From: Malacoraja senta
Lineage: Eukaryota
NCBI GenBank assembly: GCA_038087875.1
Contig: CM075995.1
Location: 8,062,001 to 8,126,000, forward strand
DNA length: 64,000 nt
Direction: 5' to 3'
This document shows positions 13,201-26,300 of this stretch, piece after piece; the first letter of the stretch is position 1; each line of letters begins with the position of its first letter. Both the position numbers and the translations under genes were made by a program. The notes beneath the pieces were generated by a model. It saw nothing but the letters and a program-made list of their open reading frames with translations, made no database searches and was not told the DNA's origin.

Positions 13201-16200
13201 AGGGGAGGGAGGGGGAGAGGAGAGAGGGGGAAGAGTGGGGAGGGAGAGTTGAAGTAGGAGGGGTAGGGACAGTCCATCTGTTACCCATTCCCTATCACCC
13301 CCAATCCTCTTTCTCTATTGCCACACACGTGACACAGGCTGCGGGGGTGGGGGGAGGGGCTGGGGCTGGGGCTGCTGCCAAGGCATATGTAAGCGGATTC
13401 ATTTTGATTGGATATCTTTGAGCATTGGGCATTGTGACATCACAAAACGGAACCTTCATTTACATTCTATTGCTGAGAGCTGTTTTTTTAAAACATTTTG
13501 AAATGTCCCCATTCCCTATCCCCCCCACACACGTGGCGATGCCCTTCGACACAGGCTGTGGGGTTGGGGGGGAGGGGCTGGGGCTGCTGCCAAGGCATAT
13601 CTAAATGAATCCATTCCCATTGGACATCTGTTAGCATCGGGCATTGTGACATCACACAACGGAATCTTTACTAACATTCTATGGCTGAGCTGTTTTTTTA
13701 ATCATTTTGAAATGTTTGGGGGTGGGGGGGGAGAAGTATTTTATTTTTAAAAGTGTACATAAAAACGACCAAATTTAATCAGGGTTGTCTATTCGTAAAG
13801 ATAAACATAATCACAGGCTGCGGGGTTGGGGGGGAGGGGCTGGGGCTGGGGCTGCTGCCAAGGCATATGTAAACGGATTCATTTCGATTTGTCACACGTG
13901 TCGCAGGGCATCACCACGTGTGTGGGGGTGATAGGGATGGGGAAATTTCAAAATGTTAAACAAACAGCTCTCAGCAATAGAATGTAAATGAAGGTTCCGT
14001 TTTGTGATGTCACAATGCCCAATGCTGCGGGGGTTGGGGGGGAGGGGCCGGGGCTTGGGTCGCCGCAAAGGCATATGTAAATGGATCCATTCCGATTGGA
14101 CATCTGTGACCATTGTGCATTGTGACATCACACAACGGAATCTTTACTAACATTCTACGGCTGAGCTGTTTTTTTAAACATTTTGAAGTGTTTGGTTTTG
14201 GGGGGGGGAGAGGTATTTTATTTTAAAAAGCGTACGTAAACACGACCAAATTTAATCAGGATCGTCTATTCGTAAAGATAAACGTAACATCTTTAGAAAC
14301 GGTAAAAAATACCAGCGTTTCCGCACGCCGCGCGGGCGCGGGGCGGTATCAAACGCGGGACGTCAAGCAGAACGTTGGACGTACAGACGTACAGACGTAC
14401 AGACGGACGACAGCCAGAGAGTTTTATATAATAACTAGACCAAGTGCAGACCCGTTGGGTCTGGACACCGAACGTGCGTTTGGGGCGGGGGGCTGTGACG
14501 TCATACTAACCACCCCTTGGGTCTGTACCTCCAAAGCAGGGTTGCAGGGTGTGAATCTGGCACCCACAAACACACACACTCATCACACCCCTTGATATTA
14601 TATTAATATTTTAATTTTCTTCTTTTATTCCATCTCCACCCTATCCACTGATGAATAGCCCTCACCTCTCAGGTACGTCTCGAGGGGGGTGGTGCAGAGA
14701 GAGAAAATTTAATGTTAGAAAAAAAAATTGTGAGGTGGGGGAGGAGGAGGGTTGAGAGGAAGGGGGGTGAGGAAGGTGGGGAGAGAGGAGCGTGAGAGAG
14801 GAGAGGGGTGGAGAGAGGAAGAAGAGGATGGGGAGAGAGGTGAAGGGGGTGGGTTGGAGCAGGCGTGCATGAGTTGAGTCGCGGGCTGTGAAGAGAGAAG
14901 GGCAGAGAGAGAGAGGGGAGAGACAGATAGACTGGTACACACAATAAAACTCGAGAAACACTGCGGGTGCAGCAGCATCTATGGAGTGAAGGAAATAGGC
15001 AATGCTTTTGGCGGAAACCCATCCTCAGACGGGTTTTCACGAAACGTTGTCTATTTCTTTTGATACATGGATGCTGCTGCACCCGCTGAGGTTATGAAGC
15101 ATTTTTTTGTGTACCTTTGATTTTCAAGCATCTGCAGTTCTGTCTTAAAGACAGAGAGACTGTTGGCGGGATGTTTTCCCAACGCGCGTTTGCGGGAGAG
15201 GGGGGGGGGGCTGCAGCATCACACTCACACTAACCACCCCCCAAACACAGGCGGGGGGAGGGGTGGAGAAGAAGACGGGATGGGGAGAGAAGAGGGCAGA
15301 GGGAGACGGGGTGGGGAGAGAAGAGGAGAGGGGGAGGGAGGGGAGAGGGGGAGGAGGAAAGGGGAGAAATTGGTGAGGGAGAAGAGAGCAGGGTGGGGGA
15401 GTGGGAGGGGGAGGAGAGTGGTAGGGGAGCGGGAAGGGCAGGAAGGGGGGAGAGGGGGGAGGGGATGTTAGAGGTGGAGAGAGGGGATGTGGGGAAGGGG
15501 AGATGAGTAGGGGGAAGAGAGGGAGAGAAGGAGGGGGAGGGATAGAGGTGGGGGAGGGAGAGTGGAAGAGTGGGGATTGAGAGAGAACGGAGGGGGGAGA
15601 GGGGTGGGGGAGGGGGTTGTGGAGGGAGATGGGGATGGGTTTGGGGAGTTAAGTGGAAGAATGGGGAGGGAGATGGAGAGGTGTAGGGGGAGTGGTGGAA
15701 GTGGGAGAGAGGGAGGGGGGAGAGGTGTAGGGGAGTGGTTGAAGAGGGATAGCGGGGTAGCGGGAAGGGGACGGGGGTGAGAGAGGGAAGGGGGATGTGG
15801 GAGAGAGTAATGGGGTGGGAGGAGAAGGGGGGTGAGAGGGAGAGGGGTGAGGAGAAGGGGATGGAGAGGGGGAGGAGAGAGGGGTGGGTAAGGCGAGGAG
15901 AAGGGTAGAGAGGTGTGGGGGAGGGTGGAGGGTGGCGACGGGGTTGGGAGAGAAGAGGAGGGAGGGGGGAGAGGGAGACGGGGTGGGGAGAGAAGAGGGG
16001 AGGGAGGGGAGGGAGGAGAGAGGGGGAGGAGGAAAGGGGAGAGATTGGTGAGGGAGAAGAGAGCAGGGTGGGGGGAGAGGGACGGGGAGGAGAGTGGGGA
16101 GTGGGAGGAGAGCGGGGAGGGCAGGAAGGGGGGAGGGGATGTTAGAGGTGGAGAGAGGGGATGAGGGGAAGGGGAGAGGAGTAGGGGGAAGGAGAGAGGG

Positions 16201-17924
16201 AGAGAGGGAGGGGGGAGGGATAGAGGTGGGGGAGGGAGAGGGGAAGAGTGGTGAGTGAGGGGCAGAGGGGTAGCGGGGAGTGGTGCAAGAGAGAGGGGAA
16301 GGGGGTAGGGGGGAGATGGGGTGAAGAGGGGTGGTGGAGGGGGAAGAGAGGGTGTGGGAGGGGAGGGAGGGGGAGAGGAGAGAGGGGGAAGAGTGGGGAG
16401 GGAGAGTTGAAGTAGGAGGGGTAGGGACAGTCCATCTGTTACCCATTCCCTATCACCCCCAATCCTCTTTCTCTATTGCCACACACGTGACACAGGCTGC
16501 GGGGGTGGGGGGGAGGGGCTGGGGCTGCTGCCAAGGCATATGTAAACGGATTCATTTCGATTGGATATCTTTGAGCATTGGGCATTGTGACATCACAAAA
16601 CGGAACCTTCATTAACATTCTATTGCTGAGAGCTGTTTTTTTTTAAACATTTTGAAATGTCCCCATTCCCTATCCCCCCCCCACACACGTGGCGACGCCT
16701 TTCGACACAGGCTGTGGGGTTGGGTGGGAGGGGCTGGGGCTGGGGCTGCTGCCAAGGCATATCTAAATGAATCCATTCCCATTGGACATCTGTTAGCATC
16801 GGGCATTGTGACATCACACAACGAATCTTTACTAACATTCTATGGCGGAGCTGTTTTTTTAATCATTTTGAAATGTTTGGGGGTGGGGGGGGGGGAGAAG
16901 TATTTTACTTTTAAAAGTGTACATAAAAACGACCAAATTTAATCAGGGTTGTCTATTCGTAAAGATAAACATAATCACAGGCTGTGGGGTTGGGGGGGAG
17001 GGGCTGGGGCTGGGGCTGCTGCCAAGGCATATGTAAACGGATTCATTTCGATTTGTCACACGTGTCGCAGGGCGTCGCCACGTGTGTGGGGGCGATAGGG
17101 AATGGGGACATTTCAAAATGTTAAACAAACAGCTCTCAGCAATAGAATGTAAATGAAGGTTCCGTTTTGTGATGTCACAATGCCCAATGCTGCGGGGGTT
17201 GGGGGGGAGGGGCCGGGGCTGGGGCCGCCGCAAAGGCATATGTAAATGGATCCATTCCGATTGGACATCTGTGACCATTGTGCATTGTGACATCACACAA
17301 CGGAATCTTTACTAACTTTCTACGGCTGAGCTGTTTTTTTAAACATTTTGAAATGTTTGGTTTGGGGGGGGAGAGGTATTTTATTTTAAAAAGCGTACGT
17401 AAACACGAACAAATTTAATCAGGATCGTCTATTCGTAAAGATAAACGTAACCTCTTTAGAAACGGTAAAAAATATCGGCGTTTCCGCGCCCCGCGCAGGC
17501 GCGGGGCGGTATCAAAGGCGGGATGTCAAGCAGACCCCGGGGTGAAAATGTGCTGAAAAAAAAGATGGCGTCGTTTTCTGAAAAAATCGGAGAAAATCGG
17601 CGAAAAAAAGATGGCGTTGTTTTCGGAGAAAATCGGGGAAAAAAAGATGGCGTCGTTTTCGGAGAAAATCGGAGACAATCGGAGAAAATCACATTGGGGT
17701 TGGGGGGGGATGGATTTTATTAGAAAAAGTGTACATAAACAGGACAGAATTTAATCAGGAGTGGCTATTCGTAAAGATAAATGTCATCTCTTTGGAAATG
17801 GCGAACAAGGTGGGCCTTTCCGCGCGCCGTGTGGGCCAGGGGCCGTATCAAAGGCCGCGCGGCAAAGTCAAGCAGGCCGTCGGACGTACAGACGGACGAC
17901 AGCCGGAGAGTTTTATATAATAGA

Positions 17925-20476
17925 CTAGACCAAGTGCAGACCCGTTGGGTCTGGTCCCGAAAGTGCTTGACACCCCAGGGTGTTGTTCCCGAACGTGCTT
18001 CAGACCCTGGGGTGGAAAATGTGATGGAAAAAAGATGGCGTCGTTTTCGGAAAAAATCGGAGAAAATCGGCGAAAAAAAGATGGCGTCGTTTTCGGAGAA
18101 AATCGGCGAAAAAAAGATGGCGTCGTTTTCGGTGAAAATGGGAGAAAATCAAATTGGGGTTGGTGGGGGGATGGATGACACCCCGGGGTGTTGTTCCCGA
18201 ACGTGATTCAGACCCCTGGGTGAAAATGGGCGAAAAAAAGATGGCGTCATTTTTGGAAAAAATCGGGGGGAAAAAGATGGCGTCGTTTTCGGAGAAATTG
18301 GAGACAATCGGAGAAAATCACATTGGGGTTGGGGGGGGGATGTATTTTATTAAAAAACATGTACATAAACAGGACAGAATTTAATCAGGAGTGGCTATTC
18401 GTAAAGATAAATGTAATCTCTTTGGAAATGGCGAAAAACGTGGGCCTTTCCGCGCGCCGCGTGGGCCAGGGGCCGTATCAAAGGCGGCGCGGCAAAGTCA
18501 AGCAGGCCGTCGGACGTACAGACGGACGACACACACAGAGTTTTAAAAGTATACTAGACCAAGTGCAGACCCGTTGGGTCTGGTCCCCGAAAGTGCTTGA
18601 CACCCCGGGGTGTTGTTACCGAACGTGCTTCAGACCGCGGGGTGAAAATGTGCTGTAAAAAAGATGGCGTAGTTTTAAAAAAAAAATTGGAGGGATTCTG
18701 GGAAAAAAAGATGGCGTCGTTTTCTGCGAAATTCCGCGAAAAAAAGATGGCGTCGTTGTCTTTGAAAATCGGAGACAATCGGAGAAAATCACATTGGGGT
18801 TGGGGGGGGGATGGATGACACCCCGGGGTGTTGTTCCCGAACGTGCTTCAGACCCGTTGGTGAAAATCGACGAAAAAAAGATGGCGTCGTTTTTTGAAAA
18901 ATTCGGGAAAAAAAAGATGGCGTCGTTTTCGGGAGAAAATCGGAGACATTCGGAGAAAATCACATTTGGGTTGGGGGGGGGATGGATTTTATTATAAAAC
19001 GTGTACATAAACAGGACAGAATTTAATCAGGAGTGGCTATTCGTAAAGATAAATGTCATCTCTTTGGAAATGGCGAAAAAGGTGGGCCTTTCCGCGCGCC
19101 GTGTGGGCCAGGGGCCGTATCAAAGGCGGCGCGGCAAAGTCAAGCAGGCCGTCGGACGTACAGACGGACGACCACACACAGAGTTTTAAAAGTATACTAG
19201 ACCAAGTGCAGACCCGTTGGGTCTGGTCCCCGAAAGTGCTTGACACGCAGGGGTGTTGTTCCCGAACGTGATTCAAACCCCGGTGGTGAAAATCGGTTGA
19301 AAAAAGATGGCGTAGTTTTAAAAAATAATTGGAGGGATTCTGGGAAAAAAAGATGGCGTCGTTTTCTGCGAAATTCGGCGAAAAAAAGATGGCGTCGTTG
19401 TCTTTGAAAATCGGAGACAATCGGAAAAAAATCACATTGGGGTTGGGGGGGGATGGATGACACCCCGGGGTGTTGTTCCCGAACGTGCTTCAGACCCGTT
19501 GGTGAAAATCGACGAAAAAAAGATGGCGTCGTTTTTTGAAAAATTCGGGAAAAAAAAGATGGCGTCGTTTTCGGAGAAAATCGGAGACATTCGGAGAAAA
19601 TCACATTTGGGTTGGGGGGGGGATGGATTTTATTAAAAAACGTGTACATAAACAGGACAGAATTTAATCAGGAGTGGCTATTCGTAAAGATAAATGTCAT
19701 CTCTTTTGAAATGGCGAAAAAGGTGGGCCTTCCCGCGCGCCGTGTGGGCCGGGGGCCGTATCAAAGGCGGCGCGGCAAAGTCAAGCAGGCCGTCGGACGT
19801 ACAGACGGACGACACACACAGAGTTTTAAAAGTATACTAGACCAAGTGCAGACCCGTTGGGTCTGGTCCCCGAAAGTGCTTGACACGCAGGGGTGTTGTT
19901 CCCGAACGTGATTCAGACCCCGGTGGTGAAAATCGGTTGAAAAAAGATGGCGTAGTTTTAAAAAATAATTGGAGGGATTCTGGGAAAAAAAGATGGCGTC
20001 GTTTTCTGCGAAATTCGGCGAAAAAAATATGGCGTCGTTGTCTTTGAAAATCGGAGACAATCGGAGAAAATCACATTGGGGTTGGGGGGGGGATGGATGA
20101 CACCCCGGGGTGTTGTTCCCGAACGTGCTTCAGACCCGTTGGTGAAAATCGACGAAAAAAAGATGGCGTCGTTTTTTGAAAAATTCGGGGAAAAAAAGAT
20201 GGCGTCGTTTTCGGAGAAAATCGGAGACATTCGGAGAAAATCACATTTGGGTTGGGGGGGGATGGATTTTATTAAAAAAACGTGTACATAAACAGGACAG
20301 AATTTAATCAGGATTGGCTATTCGTAAAGATAAATGTCATCTCTTTTGAAATGGCGAAAAAGGTGGGCCTTTCCGCGCGCCGTGTGGGCCGGGGGCCGTA
20401 TCAAAGGCGGCGCGGCAAAGTCAAGCAGGCCGTCGGACGTACAGACGGACGACACACACAGAGTTTTAAAAGTATA
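17925..20476 (-). repeat. Block of four short (type A, 629-643 bp) Helitron units with an internal ~33-bp minisatellite
   Basis: Junction spacing 629, 643, 640, 640 bp. Repeated AAAAAAGATGGCGTCGTTTTCGGAGAAAATCGG. Same type at 2953-4411 and 9079-9530. Confidence 0.85.
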
Positions 20477-22005
20477 CTAGACCAAGTGCAGACCCGTTGG
20501 GTCTGGACACCGAACGTGTGTTTGCGGAGGGGGGGGCTGTTGCGTCACACTAACCACCCCCTTTCCTCCAAAGCATGGAATACGGCACCCACAAACACAC
20601 ACACTCATCACACCCCTAGATATTAATTTAATTTTTTAATTTGCTTCTTTTATCCCATCTCCACCCTATCCACTGACGAATAGCCCTCACCTCTCAGGTG
20701 CGTCTAGAGGGGGGGGCAGAGAGAGAAAATTTAATGTTAGGAAAAAAAATTGAAGTGGGGAGGAGGAGGGTGGAGAGGAAGGGGGAGAGAGGAGAGGGGT
20801 GGAGAGAGGAAGGAGAGGTTGGGGGCGAGGTGAAGGGGGGGGTTGGAGCAGGAGTGCATGAGTCGAGCCGCGGGCTGTGAAGAGAGAAGGGCAGAGAGAG
20901 AGAGAGAGAGAGAGAGGGGAGAGACAGATAGACTGGTATACAAAAAAAAGCTCAAGAAACACAGTGGGTGCAGCAGCATCTATGGAGCGAAGGGAAATAG
21001 GCAACGCTTTGGGCCGAAGCCCATCCTCAGACGGGTTTTCTCCTGAAACGTTGCCTATTTCCTTAGATCCATAGATTTTGATGCACCCGCTGAGTTTCTC
21101 CATTTTTTTTTTGTGTACCTTCGATTTTCCAGTATCTGCAGTTCCTTCTTAAATACAGAGAGACTGTTTGCGGGCTGTTTCCCCAACGCGCGTTTGCGGG
21201 GTGCGGGGGGGGCGGTGGGGGGGTGCGGAATCACACTCACACTAACCGCCCCCCAAACAAATTTGAAGAGGGGGAGGAGGAGGGTGGAGAGGAAGGGGGG
21301 AGAGGGAGGGTGGGGGAGGATGGTGAGAGAGGAGGGGGAGAGAGGAGAGGGTGGAGAGAGGAAGGAGAGGATGTGGGAGATAGGTCAAGGGGGGGGTTGA
21401 GCGGGTGTTCATGAGTTGAGCTGCGGGCTGTGAAGAGAGAAGGGCAGAGAGAGAGAGAGAGGGGAGAGACAGAGAGACTGGTACACAAAAAAAAGCTGGA
21501 GAAACACAGCGGGTGCAGCAGCATCTATGGAGCGAAGGAAATAGGCAACGCTTTGGGCCGAAGCCCATCCTCGGACTGGTTTTCTACCGAAACGTTGCCT
21601 ATTTCCTTCGATCCATAGATGCTGCTGCACCCGCTGATGATATACAGGATTTTTTGTGTACCTTCGATTTTCCAGCATCTGCAGTTCCGTCTTAAAGACA
21701 GAGAGACTGTTGGCGGGCTGTTTTCCCAACCGCGCGTTTGCAGGAGGACGGGGGTGAGCTGCGGCATCACACTCACACTAACCACCCCCCAAACTCACAC
21801 TAAACCACCCCCAAACACACTCGGGGGGATGGGGTGAGGGGGGGAGAGGAAGACGGGAGAGGAAGACGGGGTGGGGAGAGAAGAGGAGAGGGGGAGGGAG
21901 GGGAGAGAGGAAGGGGGAGAGAGGAGAGAGAGGATGGGGAGAGAGGTGAAGGGGGGGGTTGGAGCGTGCGTGCATGAGTCGAGCCGCGGGCTGTGAAGAG
22001 AGAAG

Positions 22006-22049
<44 letters not shown>

Positions 22050-23359
22050 CAGAGAGACTGGTACACAAAAAAAAAGCTGGAGAAACACAGCGGGTGCAGC
22101 AGCATCTATGGAGCGAAGGAAATAGGCAACGCTTTGGGCCGAAGCCCATCCTCAAAATGGTTTTCTCCCGAAACGTTGCCTATTTCCTTAGATCCATAGA
22201 TGCTGCTGAACCCGCTGATGATATACAGGTTTTTTTTGTGTACCTTCGATTTTCCAGCATCTGCACTTCCGTCTTAAAGACAGAGAGACTGTTGGCGGGC
22301 TGTTTTCCCAACGCGCGTTTGCGGGAGGGGGGGAGGGGGCTGCGGCATCACACGCACACTGACCACCCCCCAAACTCACACTAACCACCCCAAACACACT
22401 CGGGGGGAGGGGGGAGAGGAAGACGGGGTGGGGAGAGAAGAGGGGAGAGGGAGACGGGGTGGAGAGAGAAGAGGAGAGGGGGAGGGAGGGAGAGGGGGAA
22501 GAGGAAAGGGGAGAGATTGGGGAGGGAGAGGAGATCAGGGTGGGTGAGAGGGAGGGGGAGGAGAGTGGGGAGTGGGAGGAGAGCGGGGAGGGCAGGAAGG
22601 GGGAGAGGGGGGGAGGCGATGAGGGGAAGGAGAGGAGTAGGGGGAAGAGAGGGAGAGGGAGGGTGGAGGGGAAGAGGTGGGGAGGGAGAGGGGAAGAGTG
22701 GAGGGGGTGAGGGGCAGAGGGGTAGCGGGAGTGGTGCAAGAGAGGGGAAGGGGGTGGGGGGAGATGGGGGTGAAGAGGGGTGGAGGAGGGGGAAGAGAGG
22801 GTGTGGGAGGGGAGGGAGGGGGAGAGGAGAGAGGGGGGAGAGTGTGGAGGGAGAGTTGAAGTAGGAGGGGTAGGGACAGTCCATCTGTTACCCATTCCCT
22901 ATCACCCCAATCCTCTTTCTCTATTCCCACACATGTGACGACGCCCTTCGACACAGGCTGCGGTGGTGGGGGGGAGGGGCTGGGGCTGGGGCTGCTGCAA
23001 AGGCATATGTAAATGGATCCATTCCGATTGGACATCTGTGACCATTGTGCATTGTGACATCACACAACGGAATCTTTACTAACATTCTACGGCTGAGCTG
23101 TTTTTTTAATCATTTTGAAATGTTTGGTTTGGGGGGGGGAGAGAGGTATTTTATTTTAAAAATCGTACATAAACACGACCAAATTTAATCAGGACCATCT
23201 ATTCGTAAAGATAAACGTAACCTCTTTAGAAACGGTAAAAAACTTTGGCGTTTCCGCGCGCCGCACGGGCGCGGGGTGGTATCAAAGGCAGCGCGGCACA
23301 AGTCAAGCAGAACGTCGGACGTACAGACGGACGACAGCCAGAGAGTTTTATATAATAGA

Positions 23360-26300
23360 CTAGACCAAGTGCAGACCCGTTGGGTCTGGACACCGGACGT
23401 GCGTTTGCGGGTGGGGGGGGGTGCTGTGGCGTCACAGTAACCACCCCCTTTGCTCAAAAGCACGGTTGCGGGGTGGGAATCTGGCACCCACGAACACACA
23501 CACTCATAACAACCCTTGATATTATCTTAATTTTTTAATTTGCTTCTTTTATCCCATCTCCACCCTATCCACTGACGAATAGCCCTCGGGGGAGTGGGGG
23601 AGAGGGAGACGGGGTTGGGGAGAGGAGGGGAGGGGGAGAGAAGGAGACGGGGTGGGGAGAGAAGAGGGAGGGAGGGGGAGGGAAGAGGGGGACGGAGGGG
23701 AGAGGGGGAGGAGGAAAGGGGAGAGATTGGGGAAGGAGAGGAGATCAGGGTGGGTGAGAGGGAGGGTGAGGAGAGTTTGGAGTGGGAGGAGGGCGGGGAG
23801 GGCAGGAAGGGGGGAGAGGGGGGAGGGGGGAGGGGATGAGGGGATGAGGGGAAGGGGAGAGGAGTAGGGGGAAGAGAGGGAGAGAGGGAGGGTGGAGGGG
23901 AGAGAGGTGGGGAGGGAGAGGGGAAGAGTGGGGAGTGCAGACCCGTTGGGTCTGGATACCGAACGTGCGTTTGGGGCGGGGGCTGTGACGTCACACTAAC
24001 CACCCGTTGGGTCTGTACCTCCAAAGCAGGGTTGCGGGGTGTGAATCTGGCACCCACAAACACACACACTCATCACACCCCTTGATATTATATTAATATT
24101 TTAAAGACAGAGAGACTGTTGGCGGGCTGTTTTCCCAACGCGCGTTTGCGGGAGGGGGGGTGGGCTGCGGCATCACACTCACACTAACCACCCCCCAAAC
24201 ACAGGCGGGGGAGGGTGGAGAGGAAGACGTGGTGGGGAGAGAAGAGGGGAGAGGGAGATGGGGTGGGGAGAGAAGAGGAGAGGGGGAGGGAGGGGAGAGG
24301 GGGAAGAGGAAAGGGGAGAGATTGGGGACGGAGAGGAGATCAGGGTGGGTGAGAGGGAGGGGGAGGATAGTGGGGAGTGGGAGGAGAGCAGGGAGGGCAG
24401 GGAGGGGGGGAGGGGATGAGGGGAAGGGGAGAGGAGTAGGGGGAAGAGAGGGAGAGAGGGAGGGGGAGGGAGAGGGGTACAGTGGGGAGTGAGGGGCAGA
24501 GGGGTAACGGGGAGTGGTGCAAGAGAGAGGGGAAGGGGGTAGGGGGGAGATGGGGGTGAAGAGGGGTGGTGGAGGGGGAAGAGAGGGTGTGGGAGGGGAG
24601 GGAGGGCTAGAGCAGAGAGGGGGAAGAGTGGGGAGGGAGAGTTGAAGTAGGAGGGGTAGGGACAGTCCATCTGTTTCCCATTCCCTATCACCCCCAATCC
24701 TCTTTATTGCCACACACGTGACGACGCCCTTCAACACAGGCTGTGGGGGTGGTGGGGAGGGGCTGGGGCTGGTGCTGCAGTCATATGTAAACGGATTCAT
24801 TTTGATTGGATATCTTTGAGCATTGGGCATTGTGACATCACAAAACGGAACCTTCATTAACATTCTATTGCTGAGAGCTGTTTTTTTTAAACATTTTGAA
24901 ATTTCCCCATTCCCTATCCCCCCCCACACACGTGGCGACGCCCTTCGACACAGGCTTTGGGGTTGGGGGGAGGGGCTGGGGCTGTGGGTGCTGCCAAGGC
25001 ATATGTAAACGGATTCATTTCGATTTGTCACACGTGTCGCAGGGCGTCGCCACGTGTGTGGGGGTGATAGGGAATGGGGACATTTCAAAATGTTAAACAA
25101 AAATAGCTCTCAGCAATAGAATGTTAATGAAGGTTCCGTTTTGTGATGTCACAATGCCCAATCCTGCGGGGGTTGGGGGGAGGGGCCGGGGCTTGGGTCG
25201 CCGCAAAGGCATATGTAAATGGATCCATTCCGATTGGACATCTGTGACATTGTGCATTGTGACATCACACACGGAATCTTTAGTAACATTCTATGGCTGA
25301 GCTGTTTTTTTTAAACATTTTGAAGTATTTGGTTTGGGGGGGGGAGAGGTATTTTATTTAAAAAACGTGTACATAAACAGGTCAGAATTTAATCAGGAGT
25401 GGGTTTATGTAAAGATAAACGTAACCTCTTTAGAAACGGTAAAAAATATCGGCCTTTCCGCGCGCCGCGTGGGCCAGGGGCCGTATCAAAAGGCCGTGCG
25501 GCAAAGTCAAGCAGGCCGTCGGACGTACAGACGGACGACACACACAGAGTTTTATATAATAACTAGACCAAGTGCAGACCCGTTGGGTCTGGACACCGGA
25601 CGTGCGTTTGCGGGTGGGGGGGGTGCTGTGGCGTCACAGTAACCACCCCCTTTGCTCAAAAGCACGGTTGCGGGGTGGGAATCTGGCACCCACGAACACA
25701 CACACTCATAACAACCCTTGATATTATCTTAATTTTTTAATTTGCTTCTTTTATCCCATCTCCACCCTATCCACTGACGAATAGCCCTCGCCTCTCAGGT
25801 GCGTCTAGAGGGGGGGGGGGGGCAGAGAGTGAAAATTTAATGTTAGAATTAAAAAAATTTGAAGAGGGGGAGGGGGAGGGTGGAGAGGAAGGGGGGAGAG
25901 AGGAAGGGGTGCGAGGAAGGGGGATAGAGAGGTGGGTGTGGAGAGAGTAAGGAGAGGATATTGGAGATAGGTGAAGGGGGGTGTTTTGAGCTGGTGTTCA
26001 TGAGTTAAGCTGCGGGCTGTGAAGAGAGAAGGGCAGAGAGAGAGAGAGAGGGAGAGACAGAGAGACTGGTACACTCAAAAAAGGTGGTGAAATTCAGCGG
26101 GTGCAGCCGCGTCTATGGAGCGAAGGAAATAGGCAATGTTTGTGGCTGAAACCCATCTTCAGACGTGTTTTGTTATGAAACATTGCCTATTTCCTTCGAT
26201 CCAAAGATGCTGCTGCACCCGCTGAGTTTATACTTCATTTTTTTGTTTACCTTGCGTTTGGGGGGGGGGGCTGCGGCTGCAGCATCACACTCACACTAAC

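Noticed and set aside
2934..20626. Recurrent SPIFSENDAIFF and MYINRTEFNQEWLF ORFs
   Set aside because: Products of the 33-bp repeat and Helitron 5' module; frames are not conserved between units.
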